Below are positions 1 through 9,790 of a stretch of 64,000 bases of DNA, in pieces. A program made the translations under genes and the position numbers. This DNA is from Sulfurovum sp. (GTDB lineage Bacteria > Campylobacterota > Campylobacteria > Campylobacterales > Sulfurovaceae). The notes beneath the pieces were generated by a model, which searched no databases, was not told where the DNA came from, and worked only from the letters and a program-made list of their open reading frames with translations. Each line of letters starts with the position of its first letter. Positions within the stretch are counted from its first letter, which is position 1. The stretch spans positions 8,345-72,344 of the forward strand of contig JALSUP010000064.1 of assembly GCA_027071315.1 (NCBI GenBank), written 5' to 3'.

Positions 1-264
1 CGTACGGTGATGAAAATACAGAGCCTCATGAGCAGGAAATTGGTACTGGATATTGACCAGAAGTACTGGAAAGTATTGAAAGCGGGACAGACATTTAACT
101 ATACCGTTGATGGTCATGGTCAGAAATACAGCGGGAAGATCGTGAAGGTTTATCCTTATGCTGACAGTGACAACAGAAAGATCCAGGCAGAGGTTCCGGC
201 AAAAGATATTGTTCCGGGACTTTTTGGTGATGGGTATATTGTGATCCCTGATACAAAAAAGTAG
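1..264 (+). CDS. efflux RND periplasmic adaptor (membrane-fusion protein), C-terminal fragment; 5' end lies outside the window
   Basis: The frame is open to base 1. A beta-rich C-terminal tail (KIVKVYPYADSDNRKIQAEVP...GYIVIP) ends 6 nt before an AcrB-type permease, the usual adaptor-pump order. Confidence 0.6.
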   Translation, partial: RTVMKIQSLMSRKLVLDIDQKYWKVLKAGQTFNYTVDGHGQKYSGKIVKVYPYADSDNRKIQAEVPAKDIVPGLFGDGYIVIPDTKK

Positions 265-270
265 GGTAGT

Positions 271-3200
271 ATGTATAAATTAGCCATAAACAGACCGATC
301 ACCACGCTGATGTATGTCATTACGCTGGTGATCTTCGGTCTGATGAGTTTCAAGTCCATGCCGTCGGCACTCTTCCCGAATATTGATTTCCCGATGGTCA
401 CAGTGAAGACCATTTACCCCGGGGCAGAAGCCAGTACCATTGAATCACAGGTGACAGACAAGATCGAAGAGGCCATTTCACGTATTGGCGGAGTAGACAA
501 GATCATCTCGACCTCTTCAGAGGGCGCTTCCGTCATAATGGTGCAATTTTTTCTTGAAAGAAATATTGATGAAGCGACCAATGATGTACGGGACAAGGTT
601 TCTGCTGTTCTGCTGCCCAAAGATGCCAAGACACCCTTGGTAAGTAAACTGGATATTGGTGGTGCCTCTGTCATCAATGTCTTCCTGACGGCAAAAAACG
701 ACTCTGTCAAGAACCTGATGCTTTTTGCTGACGAAAAAGTCAAACCGACCCTGCAGAAGATCAACGGGGTAGGCGCCATCAACATCATCGGGTACAAAGA
801 CAGAGAGATCAAGATCTTCCCGGATCCGAGTATGCTGAATAAATACGGTATTACGGTGGATGAACTCAATCGAATCATTGCAGCTGAAAATGTGAAGATC
901 GGCGGGGGAAAACTGATCTCTTCCGATAAAGAGTACACTTTGAAGACCAGAGCAGATGCACTTTCCATCAATGATCTTAAAGAGATCGTTATTAAAGACA
1001 ACATCAAGCTCAAAGAGATCGCTACCGTGGTGGATGCACTCTCCGATGCCAAGAGTTATGCCTCTTACAATGGGGTAGAAGGTGTCATGCTTGAAGTACA
1101 GAAGATCTCCGGTACCAATACTATTGACATTGTTCAGCGTGTCAAAGATGCCCTGCCGGCACTGCAGGCGGAAGCAGGAGACAAATACGATGTGAAGGCA
1201 ATGAACGATACTTCACCGTTCATCATCGCTTCACTTGAACATGTCAAATTTGACCTGATCTACGGTGCATTCCTTGCGGTCATTATCATCTTCCTCTTTT
1301 TGCGTAACATGACCATTACGCTGGTGTCCGCACTCTCCATTCCTGCCTCTATTTATGGTACTTTTGCACTCATGGACTATATGGGCTTTGACCTGAACAA
1401 AATGACCCTCATCGGTCTGACGCTGGCCATCGGTATTATCATTGATGATGCCATTGTGGTCATTGAAAATATTTATAAAAAGATGGAAGCGGGGATGGAC
1501 AAGTTCCAAGCCGCAGTCGAAGGAACCAAAGAGATGGCTTTTACCATTTTAGCCATCTCTGCCATGCTTCTGGCAGTGTTCATTCCTGTATCGTTCATGA
1601 GCGGTATCGTGGGTAAGTTCTTTGAGTCCTTTGCCATGACCGTCGGTTTTGCCGTCATTATCTCTTATACGGTGGCTTTGAGTTTCATTCCGAGTCTTTC
1701 TGCACGGGTCTTACATAAAAAAGAGAGCAAATTCTATAATATGACGGAACCGCTGTTTCAAGCCATGGAAAAGGTGTATGAGAAGATCTTAAAATTTGTC
1801 TTACGTTTCAAGATCATTACGCTCATTGCTGTTTTCCTGACTTTCTTTGCTTCTTTGAGTCTCTTCCCGAAGATCGGAATGGACTTCATCCCCAAAGAGG
1901 ACAAAGCGGAGTTTGAGATACACATCAAAGCAGATGCCTCAGTTTCACTTAAAGAGATGGTCAAAGAGTCAAAGGTCATTGAGGATCTTGTCAGAAAAGA
2001 TAAAAATGTACTCTATACGACACTCACCGTAGGCTATAATGCGGCACAGGAGAAACACAAGTCAATGATCTACGTGAAGCTCAATGACAGAAAAGACCGT
2101 AGCCTGAATCAGGAAGAAGTTATTCAGGGCTTCAGGGAGCAGTTCAAACCCTATCAGAAAGATCTTTTCATTACGGCGGCGGCCATTCCGAACATAAAAG
2201 GGGCGGGTGTCTCTGTACCGTACCAGATCGTGTTGAAGTCTGACTCCTTTGAAGACTTGAAAGTGGCTGCCAAAAACCTGACAGATTATTTAGCAAAGAA
2301 AAAAGGCTTTGTGGACATCGATACCAATCTGGATGACGGTAAACCGCAGATCGACATTAACATCATCCGTACCAATGCCAACCGTCTGGGTGTCTCCGCC
2401 TCACAGATCGCCCAGGCGATCGCCACGGCATTCTCTTCAGACCTGGAAATTTCCTACTTTGAAGAGAAAGGGAAGCAGTACAACATCACCCTGCGTTTTG
2501 ACGATGCCAACCGTATCACTATTGATGATATTAAAAAGATACAGCTGCGAAACAGAAAAGGGGAACTGGTCTATCTTGATGGACTGGTTACCTTTAGTAA
2601 AAGTAAAGCCCTTGCCACCATTAACCACTTTGACAGACAGAGACAGGTGACGGTATTCTCAGACCTCTTCGGACTTGACCTTGGTGGTGCAGTAGCCTAT
2701 ACCAGAGAAGGGATTGATGCATTGATGCCTGAAGGTGTCAGCTACCGCTTTACCGGTTTTGCTGAAGAGATGGAAAAGACAGGGAAAGCCTTCGGGGCGG
2801 CCCTTGGTCTCTCGGTCATTCTCATGTTCATTATCCTGGCTATTCTTTATGAGTCACTCATTCAGCCGATCATCATTATGATGGCGCTGCCCTTGAGTAT
2901 TATCGGGGTGATGCTGGCACTCTACCTGAGCGGTCTGCAATTCTCACTCTTTGTCATGATCGGCTTCATGCTGCTTATGGGGATGGTAGGGAAAAATGCC
3001 GTGCTTTTGGTGGACTTTGCCAACGAAGCCATGGAGCACGGGAAATCTGTAGATGAAGCACTCCTTGAAGCGGGAGAAAAAAGACTCCGTCCTATTCTTA
3101 TGACAACTATTGCCATGATCTTTGCCATGCTGCCTTTGGCACTTGGTACAGGTCTGGGTGCGGAGACCAATGCACCGATGTCCATTGCCATCATTGGTGG

Positions 3201-3312
3201 ACTTTTGAGCTCTATGGTGTTGACGCTGCTCATTGTCCCTGTCATGTACCGTATGATCAACCCGCTGGACAGATGGTTAAGAAAGTTCTATGAAGGGAAG
3301 ATAGAAGAGTGA
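271..3312 (+). CDS. RND (AcrB/HAE1-type) efflux permease
   Basis: 1013 aa with about 12 TM segments and two large periplasmic loops. Family signatures: MYKLAINRPITT, GLTLAIGIIIDDAIVVIENI, GMVGKNAVLLVDFANE. Confidence 0.9.
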   Translation: MYKLAINRPITTLMYVITLVIFGLMSFKSMPSALFPNIDFPMVTVKTIYPGAEASTIESQVTDKIEEAISRIGGVDKIISTSSEGASVIMVQFFLERNIDEATNDVRDKVSAVLLPKDAKTPLVSKLDIGGASVINVFLTAKNDSVKNLMLFADEKVKPTLQKINGVGAINIIGYKDREIKIFPDPSMLNKYGITVDELNRIIAAENVKIGGGKLISSDKEYTLKTRADALSINDLKEIVIKDNIKLKEIATVVDALSDAKSYASYNGVEGVMLEVQKISGTNTIDIVQRVKDALPALQAEAGDKYDVKAMNDTSPFIIASLEHVKFDLIYGAFLAVIIIFLFLRNMTITLVSALSIPASIYGTFALMDYMGFDLNKMTLIGLTLAIGIIIDDAIVVIENIYKKMEAGMDKFQAAVEGTKEMAFTILAISAMLLAVFIPVSFMSGIVGKFFESFAMTVGFAVIISYTVALSFIPSLSARVLHKKESKFYNMTEPLFQAMEKVYEKILKFVLRFKIITLIAVFLTFFASLSLFPKIGMDFIPKEDKAEFEIHIKADASVSLKEMVKESKVIEDLVRKDKNVLYTTLTVGYNAAQEKHKSMIYVKLNDRKDRSLNQEEVIQGFREQFKPYQKDLFITAAAIPNIKGAGVSVPYQIVLKSDSFEDLKVAAKNLTDYLAKKKGFVDIDTNLDDGKPQIDINIIRTNANRLGVSASQIAQAIATAFSSDLEISYFEEKGKQYNITLRFDDANRITIDDIKKIQLRNRKGELVYLDGLVTFSKSKALATINHFDRQRQVTVFSDLFGLDLGGAVAYTREGIDALMPEGVSYRFTGFAEEMEKTGKAFGAALGLSVILMFIILAILYESLIQPIIIMMALPLSIIGVMLALYLSGLQFSLFVMIGFMLLMGMVGKNAVLLVDFANEAMEHGKSVDEALLEAGEKRLRPILMTTIAMIFAMLPLALGTGLGAETNAPMSIAIIGGLLSSMVLTLLIVPVMYRMINPLDRWLRKFYEGKIEE

Positions 3313-3554
3313 AAAAAGTCACATTCAGCACAGAAGAGAAAGCACACATCGTCCATAAGATCAAAGGCTACTTCAACCGGGAACTGGGAGAAGAGATAGG
3401 ACAGTTCGATGCAGAGTTCCTCCTGGAATTTTTTGCTGAAGAGATCGGCCCCTATTTTTACAACAAGGGGCTGCAAGATGCAACCCACATTATTGAAGCC
3501 CAGACCGATACCATGAAAGACACACTCTATACGATGGAGGAGCCGACGCTGTAG
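3309..3554 (+). CDS. small conserved protein, DUF2164-like (function unknown)
   Basis: 81 aa. The GTG start overlaps the pump stop (GTGA). The EEIGQFDAEFLLEFFAEEIGPYFYN motif matches my recollection of the DUF2164 family. Confidence 0.5.
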   Translation: MKKVTFSTEEKAHIVHKIKGYFNRELGEEIGQFDAEFLLEFFAEEIGPYFYNKGLQDATHIIEAQTDTMKDTLYTMEEPTL

Positions 3555-3555
3555 T

Positions 3556-3945
3556 TTAAAGTTTGAGATACCGCTCCATAATGATCTTCGCAGCAACAGA
3601 ATCAAGCCGTCCGTCTTTTTTATGTTTGAAGTCTCCCATGGTCAGTTCCTTGGCTTCAAAACTGGAACCCTGCTCATCCTGGTATGCCACAGGAATATCA
3701 AGTTCTAAAAGAGAGACAAAATGTTTAATGCGTCTCTCCATCTCCTCTTCAGATGAACCACCTTTAGGTAATCCCACTATGAGTTTTTCTATTTCCCATT
3801 CCGATAAAAAGACATTGATATCTCTTGCTGCCTGATTACGGTTCTTACGTAATATAGCATCTTGCGGCAGGACAATGGACCCATCCAGACAGATAGCCAC
3901 ACCGATACGTTTCAACCCTACATCTATGCTTGCCAGTTTCATCAT
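3556..3945 (-). CDS. ruvX: Holliday-junction resolvase-like / pre-16S rRNA nuclease RuvX (YqgF)
   Basis: 129 aa. N-terminal ASIDVGLKRIGVA and central LIVGLP.....EE, typical of the YqgF family. Confidence 0.85.
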   Translation of the reverse strand: MMKLASIDVGLKRIGVAICLDGSIVLPQDAILRKNRNQAARDINVFLSEWEIEKLIVGLPKGGSSEEEMERRIKHFVSLLELDIPVAYQDEQGSSFEAKELTMGDFKHKKDGRLDSVAAKIIMERYLKL

Positions 3946-3953
3946 GTGTTCCT

Positions 3954-4859
3954 TTAGCGTATTTCTGCGATGAAGGCATCTTTTTGAATATGCTTTCGCA
4001 CACCTTGAAGGACTTCTGCCGCTGATGATCTTGTACTATACGGTCCTATGAGCAGTTTGTTGATCGATTTCCCGCCTTTAGGGAATTTGATGATCTTGTA
4101 TTGGTATCCGGCACGTCTTATGCTGTAAAGCAGGGCAGATTTTGGTTTCCCCACAAAAGAACCGACCTGTACATAGAAGTTCCCTTTTACTGAACTTTGT
4201 TCTATGTTCTGTATATCGGTCTTTAAGACAATGGCTTTCTTCATAGTTTTACGTGCTAATGTACTTGCTGTACTTGGCACGCTGATTTTCTTCGGTAGTA
4301 CCTGCTTGGTATTCCATGGTGTTGCATCTGCCACTATTGTGGTAGATGTCGGTAGGTATCGGCGGCAGACACGCAGTCTCTTTTTGTAGTAGGGAGAAGT
4401 AAAGAGGTTGGAGTAGACCACTTCGTTCTTTACGGTACTGGCATGGGTGAACCAGCCGTCTCCAAGGTACATACCGACATGGGTGATCTTATGTCTGCTG
4501 TTAGACGTAGCAAAGAAAATAAGATCACCGTACTGTAACTGTTTCATGGAAATTTTCTTCCCCACTTTTGCCTGTTCTCTTGCGACACGGGGAATATTTA
4601 TGCCCATAGAACCATACATGTAGTAGGTAAAGCCGGAACAGTCAAAATTGTTCGGTCCCTCTTCAGCCCAGACATAAGGAGAGCCTTGTAAATCTTTAAC
4701 CATCTTTTGCAAACTTTTCTTACTCGGTGTTTTGGTCACACGCGGCTTTTTAATTTCATAATGCGGATGTTTAGGATGGGGGTCCGGTTTACACCCTATA
4801 AGCAGAAAAATTAAAAAGAGGCTGGAAGATAGAAGAAGTGTCCGTTTTATGCTTTGCAT
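3954..4859 (-). CDS. NlpC/P60 (C40) cell-wall peptidase lipoprotein with C-terminal SPOR domain
   Basis: Lipobox LLIGC. Catalytic core NFDCSGFTYYMY...ITHVGMYLGDGWFTHAS. C-terminal SPOR-like segment YVQVGSF...LLIGPYSTRSSAAEV. Confidence 0.8.
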   Translation of the reverse strand: MQSIKRTLLLSSSLFLIFLLIGCKPDPHPKHPHYEIKKPRVTKTPSKKSLQKMVKDLQGSPYVWAEEGPNNFDCSGFTYYMYGSMGINIPRVAREQAKVGKKISMKQLQYGDLIFFATSNSRHKITHVGMYLGDGWFTHASTVKNEVVYSNLFTSPYYKKRLRVCRRYLPTSTTIVADATPWNTKQVLPKKISVPSTASTLARKTMKKAIVLKTDIQNIEQSSVKGNFYVQVGSFVGKPKSALLYSIRRAGYQYKIIKFPKGGKSINKLLIGPYSTRSSAAEVLQGVRKHIQKDAFIAEIR

Positions 4860-4925
4860 ACAATACTCATTTATATAAGATTTAGTTATTAGATTTTATC
4901 GTATTATAGACAAAGCTAGCTAAAA

Positions 4926-5546
4926 CTACGGTACAGCCTTTTTAGGCAGTTTCATTCCTGCTTTCCAGGGTGTGGTATAACGTGTACTTGTCACTTCCAT
5001 TTTTTGCAGTGGTACTTCACAGGTCATATATTTGGCGCGTTCATCTAAACTGAGGTAACGTTTGCATGTCTTGATACGTTTCATGTATCGTGGCTCCTGT
5101 GTGAAGTTGGTCACTTTCACTTTGCGTTTCTTGCTGCTGGCTTCCGCGAACCATCCGTTACCCAGATACATTCCTACATGGGAAATGCGTTTACTTCGTT
5201 TGTTGGTTGAACCAAAGAAGATGAGGTCACCGTAGTGCAGGTCGGAAAAAGGGACTTTTTTCCCCATTTTCGCCTGTTCTCTGGCTGTTCTCGGGATCTC
5301 CATACCCATTTTCCCGTAAATGTTGTAGGTCAAGCCTGAGCAGTCAAAGGCATCGGGTCCCTCTTCTGCCCAGACATAGGGTTTACCTATATAGGAGTCT
5401 AAAAGTGCTTGAATGTTTTTTCGATTCGGATTACAGACAGGTTTGGGTTTGATGATCTCATAGTTGGGGTATTTGTAAGGTTTCTTTTCAGCACAGCCGC
5501 TAAACATGAAGGGTAAAAGTAAAATAAGTGGGAATAGTTTGTTCAT
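4926..5546 (-). CDS. NlpC/P60 (C40) cell-wall peptidase lipoprotein
   Basis: Lipobox MFSGC. AFDCSGLTYNIY...ISHVGMYLGNGWFAEAS. Paralogue of the upstream gene but lacks the SPOR domain. Confidence 0.8.
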   Translation of the reverse strand: MNKLFPLILLLPFMFSGCAEKKPYKYPNYEIIKPKPVCNPNRKNIQALLDSYIGKPYVWAEEGPDAFDCSGLTYNIYGKMGMEIPRTAREQAKMGKKVPFSDLHYGDLIFFGSTNKRSKRISHVGMYLGNGWFAEASSKKRKVKVTNFTQEPRYMKRIKTCKRYLSLDERAKYMTCEVPLQKMEVTSTRYTTPWKAGMKLPKKAVP

Positions 5547-5566
5547 GCAACTTCCTTTTTTGTGTT

Positions 5567-6601
5567 TTAGAGGATAAGCATCGCATCACCGTAAGAGAAA
5601 AACCGATAGTTATTCTCAATAGCTTCTTTATATAATTGTAACGTTTTTTCCCTTCCGATAAAAGCAGAGACCAGCATGATGAGTGTACTTTTGGGCAAAT
5701 GGAAATTAGTGAGCAGATGGGTAACTCTTTGTGGGGGATTGTGCGGATTTAAAAAAAGGTCGCACTCACCCTCTCTTTTCTTTGTTCTGACATAATATTC
5801 AGCTGTTCTGGTCACTGTTGTACCTATGGCCAGTAAGGGTTTGTCATTCTCCAAAGCTTCTGCAGCTTCCCTGGAAATGTGAAAATACTCGGAATGCATC
5901 GGGTGTTCAAGTATGTTTTCTGCGTCAACAGGTTTAAATGTTCCTGCACCGACATGCAGCGTGATCTTATGTGTTTTGTGTCTTTGCTCTAAGGCTTCAA
6001 AGAGTTCAGGGGTAAAGTGCAAAGAGGCTGTAGGGGCAGCAACGGCACCGGCATTTTTTGCAAAGAGGGTCTGGTAGTCCGTCTCATCTTCTTTGGTGTC
6101 TTCTCTCTGCATATAGGGTGGAAGGGGGAGGTGCCCAATCTTATCGAGTATGAGTACAAGGTCTTCAAAACGGATCAAGGCGCCTTTATGTGAAAAAGAG
6201 ACAATACGCGAGCCGTCTTCATTGAGTTGCGTGACCGTGGCAGTCAGCTCTTCATCAAAAAAGAGTTCAGTGCCTACTTTCACTTTTCCGCGTATGAGTA
6301 CCAGAGAATGGTGGGCATCGAGGGTTTTGTTAAAGAGGAGTTCTACTTTTCCACCACTCTCTTTATGCCCGAAAATACGTGCTTTAATGACACGGGTGTC
6401 GTTGAGGAAAACATCGCACTCCTGAGGTAAAAAGTCTAAGAGATGTGTAAATGTGGTATGGGTAACCGTATCACTTTTTCTGTCGTAGACAAGGAGTTTT
6501 GCCTGGTCACGGGGGTGCACAGGCGAAGTGGCTATGAAGCCTTCCGGAAGTGTGTAGTCATAGTTTTCCGTGAGCAGTTCCGGAGAGATGTTTGGAGACA
6601 T
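5567..6601 (-). CDS. queA: S-adenosylmethionine:tRNA ribosyltransferase-isomerase
   Basis: 344 aa. LPEGFIATSPVHPRDQAKLLV, FLNDTRVIKARIFG, LPPYMQRE and SYGDAMLI are QueA hallmarks. The queA/tatC/tatB order is as in Campylobacter. Confidence 0.9.
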   Translation of the reverse strand: MSPNISPELLTENYDYTLPEGFIATSPVHPRDQAKLLVYDRKSDTVTHTTFTHLLDFLPQECDVFLNDTRVIKARIFGHKESGGKVELLFNKTLDAHHSLVLIRGKVKVGTELFFDEELTATVTQLNEDGSRIVSFSHKGALIRFEDLVLILDKIGHLPLPPYMQREDTKEDETDYQTLFAKNAGAVAAPTASLHFTPELFEALEQRHKTHKITLHVGAGTFKPVDAENILEHPMHSEYFHISREAAEALENDKPLLAIGTTVTRTAEYYVRTKKREGECDLFLNPHNPPQRVTHLLTNFHLPKSTLIMLVSAFIGREKTLQLYKEAIENNYRFFSYGDAMLIL

Positions 6602-7621
6602 TTAGCTTTTGTCTGCTTCTGTCTCGTCTTCATCTTCTTCATCCTCGTCATCGGCACTTTTATCCGGATTGACCGCACGTACAATGAGGATCGATACGCC
6701 GTAGAGTATGATGAGCGGTGCAGCCATCAGTAACTGGGTCAATATATCCGGTGGCGTCAAGAGGGCAGCAAGGACAAAGATGATCACGACAGCATATTTG
6801 AAAAAGTCTTTTAAGGTACGGTCAGTTACCAACCCCAGCAGAGCAAGGAAATAGGCAAACACAGGAAGTTCGAATGCCACACCGAAACCTAACATGATCT
6901 TGGTAAAGAAACCGACATAGTCTTCAATATTGATGAAGGGGGTGTAGAGAAAGGAACCAAAAGTGATGAGGAACTGGAAACCAAAAGGTGTCACCACATA
7001 ATAGGCAAACATCACACCAATGAAAAACATGATCGATCCGCCTGCTACAAACGGTATGACCATTTTCTTTTCATTGTTGTAGAGACCTGGTGCGACAAAA
7101 AGCCAGAACTGATAGAGAATGAAAGGCATGGCACCAAGGAGTCCTGCAAAGAAGGAAACTTTTAAAGCAACAAAGAATGCCCCTCCCACCTGATGGGTCG
7201 TGATCTTTCCTTCAAACTCATGATGGGTTTTGATCTGACTCAGGTTCTGGTCAAGTACTTGAAGCGACTGGCTTAAGGCTTTGGCGGAAGCAGCGGCATC
7301 TTCCAAAATAAGGCTGAGTTTGGTATCGGCGATCTTTGCCGCTTCTGCCAAACGTGTCTGTAACTCTGCTGCCAGGCTTGAAGGTTTGGCTGCTGTGACC
7401 GTGGCATTTGTTTCATTTGTCTTCATGGTCCACTGTGCTTTGTCCTGAGACTCTATAATACGTCCTACTTCGGTCAAGGCATTGTTCAGGGGTTCGGTGA
7501 TCCAAGTGAGGATGCCGTTATGAAAAGTAAAGGCAATGATGAAGGCAATGAAAACAGAGAGGACCGAGAGACCCAGTCTTTTACGTAACTCAACAAGGTG
7601 AGGGCGGATATCGTCAAACAT
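6602..7621 (-). CDS. tatC: twin-arginine translocase subunit TatC (with a large insertion and an acidic tail)
   Basis: HLVELRKRL start, FWLFVAPGLYNNEKK, LTPPDILTQLLMAAP. 339 aa versus about 250 aa typical; see findings. Confidence 0.85.
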   Translation of the reverse strand: MFDDIRPHLVELRKRLGLSVLSVFIAFIIAFTFHNGILTWITEPLNNALTEVGRIIESQDKAQWTMKTNETNATVTAAKPSSLAAELQTRLAEAAKIADTKLSLILEDAAASAKALSQSLQVLDQNLSQIKTHHEFEGKITTHQVGGAFFVALKVSFFAGLLGAMPFILYQFWLFVAPGLYNNEKKMVIPFVAGGSIMFFIGVMFAYYVVTPFGFQFLITFGSFLYTPFINIEDYVGFFTKIMLGFGVAFELPVFAYFLALLGLVTDRTLKDFFKYAVVIIFVLAALLTPPDILTQLLMAAPLIILYGVSILIVRAVNPDKSADDEDEEDEDETEADKS

Positions 7622-8088
7622 TAGGCATCACCTTCTTTTTTAAATGTGGCAAGTTCTTCTGACTCAGCCTCTTTTTTATCGGATTGTTGTTTATCGGATT
7701 GTTTTTTGCGCGATTTTTTCTTAAAGGTGACGGTTTCATTTTTCTGTTCGACTTCAACCGAAGAAACCTTTTTATCTGATGCTGCATCCGGTTTTGACAC
7801 TTTTTTCTCTGCAGGTTCATCCAAAATGTCATCCAGGTCAATATTTTTAAAGGCACTGAGTTCACTTGTGGCTGAGTCCAGTTTCTCCTTGTAGGAGAGA
7901 GCTTCCTCTTTGAGGTCTGCGATCTTCATCTCCTCTTCGAGGGTGGATTTTGCATCACCGACTGTTTTTTTGACGCTTTTGATGAATTTCGCTATTTGTA
8001 CCATGGTTTCAGGTAGCTTGTCCGGTCCCAGAAAGAGGATCGCAATAATGGAGATGAGAAGTATTTCGGTAAATCCGATGCCAAACAT
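7621..8088 (-). CDS. tatB: twin-arginine translocase subunit TatB (TatA/B family)
   Basis: MFGIGFTEILLISIIAILFLGPDKLPE N-terminus followed by an amphipathic helix and a long charged tail. Sits directly upstream of tatC (1-nt overlap). Confidence 0.75.
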   Translation of the reverse strand: MFGIGFTEILLISIIAILFLGPDKLPETMVQIAKFIKSVKKTVGDAKSTLEEEMKIADLKEEALSYKEKLDSATSELSAFKNIDLDDILDEPAEKKVSKPDAASDKKVSSVEVEQKNETVTFKKKSRKKQSDKQQSDKKEAESEELATFKKEGDA

Positions 8089-8127
8089 AGAAAAAGCCTT
8101 GTATTTTAATTGCTGTATTTTAGCAAA

Positions 8128-9183
8128 TTATTCTAAAAGGTAGAGGACTAACTCATCACTTAAAAAATAATTGTCATTATATAAAGTGTTGTTATCGCAG
8201 TGTATTTTTCCTGCATCACACAGTATTTGCGCTTTTTGCAGCATTTTTTTGGATAAGAGGCTCTTTTGTATGCCTCTATTGCTGCGCATTCCGAGAAACA
8301 GTCTTTCAGTAAGCAGGTCATCATTTGAAAGAGGCTCTTCTCTTATGCTGAAAGGGTCTTCAATATAGGCTTCAATACCGGTTTGAGGGTAGTAGCGTGT
8401 ATTGCCCAGGAAGCCAACAGCACCGGCACCGGCACCGATATAGTTTTTCAACTCCCAGTAGCCTTTGTTGTGTCTGCTCTCGTAAGTACCGAAATTGGAG
8501 ATCTCGTACTGTGAAAAGCCCCGTTTTTTTATTTCGTCTGCAACAAAAAAAGCCAAATGCTCATTTTCCTGACGTACCTCCGGTGTGGCTGAGAATTTGG
8601 TACCGTCTTCAATGGTGAGTTCATAGGCGGAAATGTGGTCAATGGGGAGTTCAAAAGCCTGTGCAATATCGTTTTCAAGCAGGCTTTTACTGTCACCCTG
8701 GTAATTGTAAATAAGGTCAAGGGAGAGGTGTTCAAAGCCTAATGCTTTGGCCGTTTTTATGGCTTCCTTTGCCTGCTGGGGAGTGTGGGCTCGGTTGAGT
8801 GCCCGGAGTTTTGTTTCATCAAAACTCTGGACACCGAAAGAGACACGGTTGACACCTAAGTCCTTCATGCCTTTGAGCCAGCTTTTGGTTGCTGAATTCG
8901 GGTTGGCTTCTGTGGTGATCTCCGCATCTTTTGCCAAGTAAGGGTTTAAGAGTTCAAAGACGGGTGCATAGAGTTCGGGAACAACGGTTGAAGGCGTACC
9001 CCCGCCGATAAAAAGTGTTTCAATGCTCCCTTCTTTGGCATCAAAACGTTCAAGTTCAAAAGAGAGTTGCTGATGCAGGGCTTTCATGTAGGCTGCACGT
9101 GTGTCGAATTTGTCAACGTAAGAGTTGAAAGAGCAGTAGTGGCATTTCGAATCACAATAGGGGATATGGAGGTAGGCTAACAT
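8128..9183 (-). CDS. hemW: radical SAM haem chaperone HemW (HemN-like, oxygen-independent coproporphyrinogen oxidase family)
   Basis: 351 aa. Radical-SAM CxxxCxxC near the N-terminus (YCDSKCHYCSF). FIGGGTPS and RVSFGVQSF motifs. Confidence 0.8.
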   Translation of the reverse strand: MLAYLHIPYCDSKCHYCSFNSYVDKFDTRAAYMKALHQQLSFELERFDAKEGSIETLFIGGGTPSTVVPELYAPVFELLNPYLAKDAEITTEANPNSATKSWLKGMKDLGVNRVSFGVQSFDETKLRALNRAHTPQQAKEAIKTAKALGFEHLSLDLIYNYQGDSKSLLENDIAQAFELPIDHISAYELTIEDGTKFSATPEVRQENEHLAFFVADEIKKRGFSQYEISNFGTYESRHNKGYWELKNYIGAGAGAVGFLGNTRYYPQTGIEAYIEDPFSIREEPLSNDDLLTERLFLGMRSNRGIQKSLLSKKMLQKAQILCDAGKIHCDNNTLYNDNYFLSDELVLYLLE

Positions 9184-9316
9184 TTTTTGGCTCTTTCATA
9201 TGCTTGTAAACGCATTTTAGGTAAAATCATATCAGAATTTTAGAGCCTTGTCTCTTTAACGAGTAAAAATAATATAAAGCCGGCAGTAATTGACCGGCCT
9301 GTAAACGAGCAGTAGT

Positions 9317-9790
9317 ATGGAATGTGTAAAGCGCTATAGACCAAATGTAGCTGCAGTCATACTCTCTTCGAAATATCCGGGTAAGTGTGAGTTCTTTGTA
9401 GCCCACAGAACTGATATCAAAAATGCGTGGCAGTTTCCACAGGGGGGCATTGACGAGGGTGAAACACCCCAAGAGGCTTTACTGAGGGAACTGCTTGAAG
9501 AAATAGGTTGTAACGATGTGGAGATACTAGGTGAATTCCCCGAGTGGATCACTTATGATTTTCCTCCAACATCCAGAGGGAAGCAATACCCTTTTGACGG
9601 ACAGACACAAAAGTATTTTTTAGTGCGTCTAAAAGAGCAGGCTTCCATAGACCTTGAAGCATATGATATTCCAGAATTCAAAGAGTATGAATTTGTAGCA
9701 TATGAAGCGTTATTTAAAAAAGTAACGTATTTTAAACGGGCAGTGTACCGTAGAGTCATTGATCATTTTATCAAAGAGGGATTAATATAA
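9317..9790 (+). CDS. rppH: Nudix hydrolase, RNA pyrophosphohydrolase RppH/NudA-type
   Basis: Nudix box [22 protein letters not shown]. 157 aa. Sits upstream of lysC as in H. pylori. Confidence 0.8.
   Translation: MECVKRYRPNVAAVILSSKYPGKCEFFVAHRTDIKNAWQFPQGGIDEGETPQEALLRELLEEIGCNDVEILGEFPEWITYDFPPTSRGKQYPFDGQTQKYFLVRLKEQASIDLEAYDIPEFKEYEFVAYEALFKKVTYFKRAVYRRVIDHFIKEGLI

Noticed and set aside
414-1052. A long antisense or out-of-frame ORF inside the RND pump gene, and similar ORFs at 1231-1509, 2309-2650 and 2922-3260.
   Set aside because: These are shadow ORFs fully embedded in a strongly supported 1013-aa AcrB-type CDS. Their products are low-complexity, with no RBS or motif.
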